Of a stretch of 64,000 nt of DNA, positions 62,725 through 64,000 are shown piece after piece. Each line of letters opens with the position of its first letter. Position 1 is the stretch's first letter. The position numbers were made by a program, and so were the translations under genes. Below the pieces are notes generated by a model. That model saw only the letters and a program-made list of their open reading frames with translations. It searched no databases and had not been told where the DNA came from. The DNA is taken from NCBI GenBank assembly GCA_040755995.1, contig JBFMAF010000010.1:192001-256000 (forward strand), written 5' to 3'. The stretch comes from Acidobacteriota bacterium. GTDB lineage: Bacteria > Acidobacteriota > CAIWXX01.

Positions 62725-64000
62725 ATGTCGGATGCGTCCTTAGTGAAGCCAAGCCCTAGAAAGTTCAATGACGAAGGCGCCCTGCGAAGCCCGACAACAG
62801 GACTGGCATGGGCCGAGTGGCGTCTGGTTGCGGCTGGGATCGTCTTGGCAGCTGTTTGTGGCGACACATCGGCGGGCGTTAACCTTTGGACGAAGGCGAG
62901 TCGAGGCGGTCAGCTCCACGCCATTGCAGCCTCTCCCAGCCTGCCCGACGTGATCTGGACTGTAGATTTTGGGGATACGCTGTATGAGAGCAGCGACAGG
63001 GGAGAGACCTGGCGAAGCGTGACCACGGCTGATGCCGTGTACTGGGAGTGGATCACGAACATCACGCTGGATCCGGCCGACACCGACACACTGTTTGTGA
63101 CGTACGACGAGGGGCACTACGAGGGCACCGTTCGTACGCGTAACCACGGCCGCACCTGGGTGGATCTGGACTTTGCGGCAGACAATGGGCGCCAGCCGCT
63201 TGCCATCAACCCACAGAACCACCACGTCATCTATGCGATACCGTTCGATTCCCCGGAAATATGGAAGTCGCTCGATGGTGGAGACAATTGGCAACGACTC
63301 ATGGAATTCGGCACCGATCGAGCCCCACGCTCAATTGCGTTGGATCCGGTCCGCCCCAACAACGTGTACGTGGGTACTGCGAAGGGCGTTTATAAGAGCG
63401 CAGATGCCGGCTTGACCTGGTCGGCAGCAAATACCGGCTTCCCTGGGAATGGTCAGCAGGTGATTGTCCACGCGCTGAAAGGTCATCCGCAGAGGCGCGA
63501 CGTTCTCTGGGCGGCCACGAATCAGGGTATGTACAAGACCACGGACGGCGGGGGAGGTTGGGTACGGCTCGATTGTGGGCCGCGTCCGCTCGACGTGCGG
63601 GACCTGGTCGTTGCTCCGTCCGATCCCGAGATCCTGTACGCTGCCGCAGCGTCGGGAGAGATATACAAAGGCAGGTACGGGGGCTCCATCTGGCACGTCA
63701 CGTCCATGCAGGGAGCCCCAACCGGGAGCCGGATAACTTTGCAGGTGGACGCCGTGTCGCCTGACACAGTCTACGCGACCGTGGGAACGACGGGAGTCGT
63801 GAGGTCCATTGACGGCGGCCGGACATGGAACCTCGTGGGCAGAGGTTTCGAATTATGGGCCGATCAGGCGGTCGCCAGCCCGAAACATAGCGGGACTGTC
63901 TACGCGCTCGGCGACCTGGTCCTGAAGACCCGTGACGCCGGGTCCACCTGGCAAGTGGCCAGCGGGGGTCTTCGCGCCGAAGGCTGGCTGGAGAAGCTGA
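62725..64000 (+). CDS. Secreted Asp-box (BNR) repeat beta-propeller protein, 3' end off window
   Basis: GGAGG RBS, ATG 62725, frame open to the window end. Repeats SSDRGETW, KSLDGGDNW, KSADAGLTW, KTTDGGGGW, RSIDGGRTW, KTRDAGSTW. Confidence 0.88.
   Translation, partial: MSDASLVKPSPRKFNDEGALRSPTTGLAWAEWRLVAAGIVLAAVCGDTSAGVNLWTKASRGGQLHAIAASPSLPDVIWTVDFGDTLYESSDRGETWRSVTTADAVYWEWITNITLDPADTDTLFVTYDEGHYEGTVRTRNHGRTWVDLDFAADNGRQPLAINPQNHHVIYAIPFDSPEIWKSLDGGDNWQRLMEFGTDRAPRSIALDPVRPNNVYVGTAKGVYKSADAGLTWSAANTGFPGNGQQVIVHALKGHPQRRDVLWAATNQGMYKTTDGGGGWVRLDCGPRPLDVRDLVVAPSDPEILYAAAASGEIYKGRYGGSIWHVTSMQGAPTGSRITLQVDAVSPDTVYATVGTTGVVRSIDGGRTWNLVGRGFELWADQAVASPKHSGTVYALGDLVLKTRDAGSTWQVASGGLRAEGWLEKL

Overview
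GC-rich bacterial chromosomal window. Gene content is consistent with an Acidobacteriota-like lineage, which is an inference only. No rRNA, tRNA, CRISPR array, integrase or intact transposase was found. Four zones: (1) 1-22.4 kb, mostly housekeeping and envelope genes: Ser/Thr kinase, ada, two parvulin PPIases, peptide-binding protein, glgC, a comEA-recA-ssb run behind an apparent sigma54/IHF/enhancer promoter, then TPR-nfeD-stomatin-SPOR-degenerate GspE/PilB-lnt. (2) 22.5-45 kb, an accessory zone: vapBC, a PAS hybrid kinase, an ECF/anti-sigma/periplasmic sensor/TolC/MacAB-like export operon, Uma2, serine hydrolase, AAA ATPase, GYF-PrsW, Rrf2-hemerythrin, and many broken toxin-antitoxin genes and gene fragments. 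(3) 45.4-56.4 kb, a Wzx-type glycan cluster headed by a B12 radical SAM enzyme. (4) 56.5-64 kb: sulfatase-TPR, a GT-C glycosyltransferase, a DUF6569/ARPP-1-like lipoprotein and a partial Asp-box propeller. The best leads are the regulatory architecture upstream of comEA-recA-ssb, the catalytically degenerate GspE/PilB protein, a MITE-like repeat seen twice, and the repeated inactivation of toxin genes. All family assignments come from motif recognition, not database searches.
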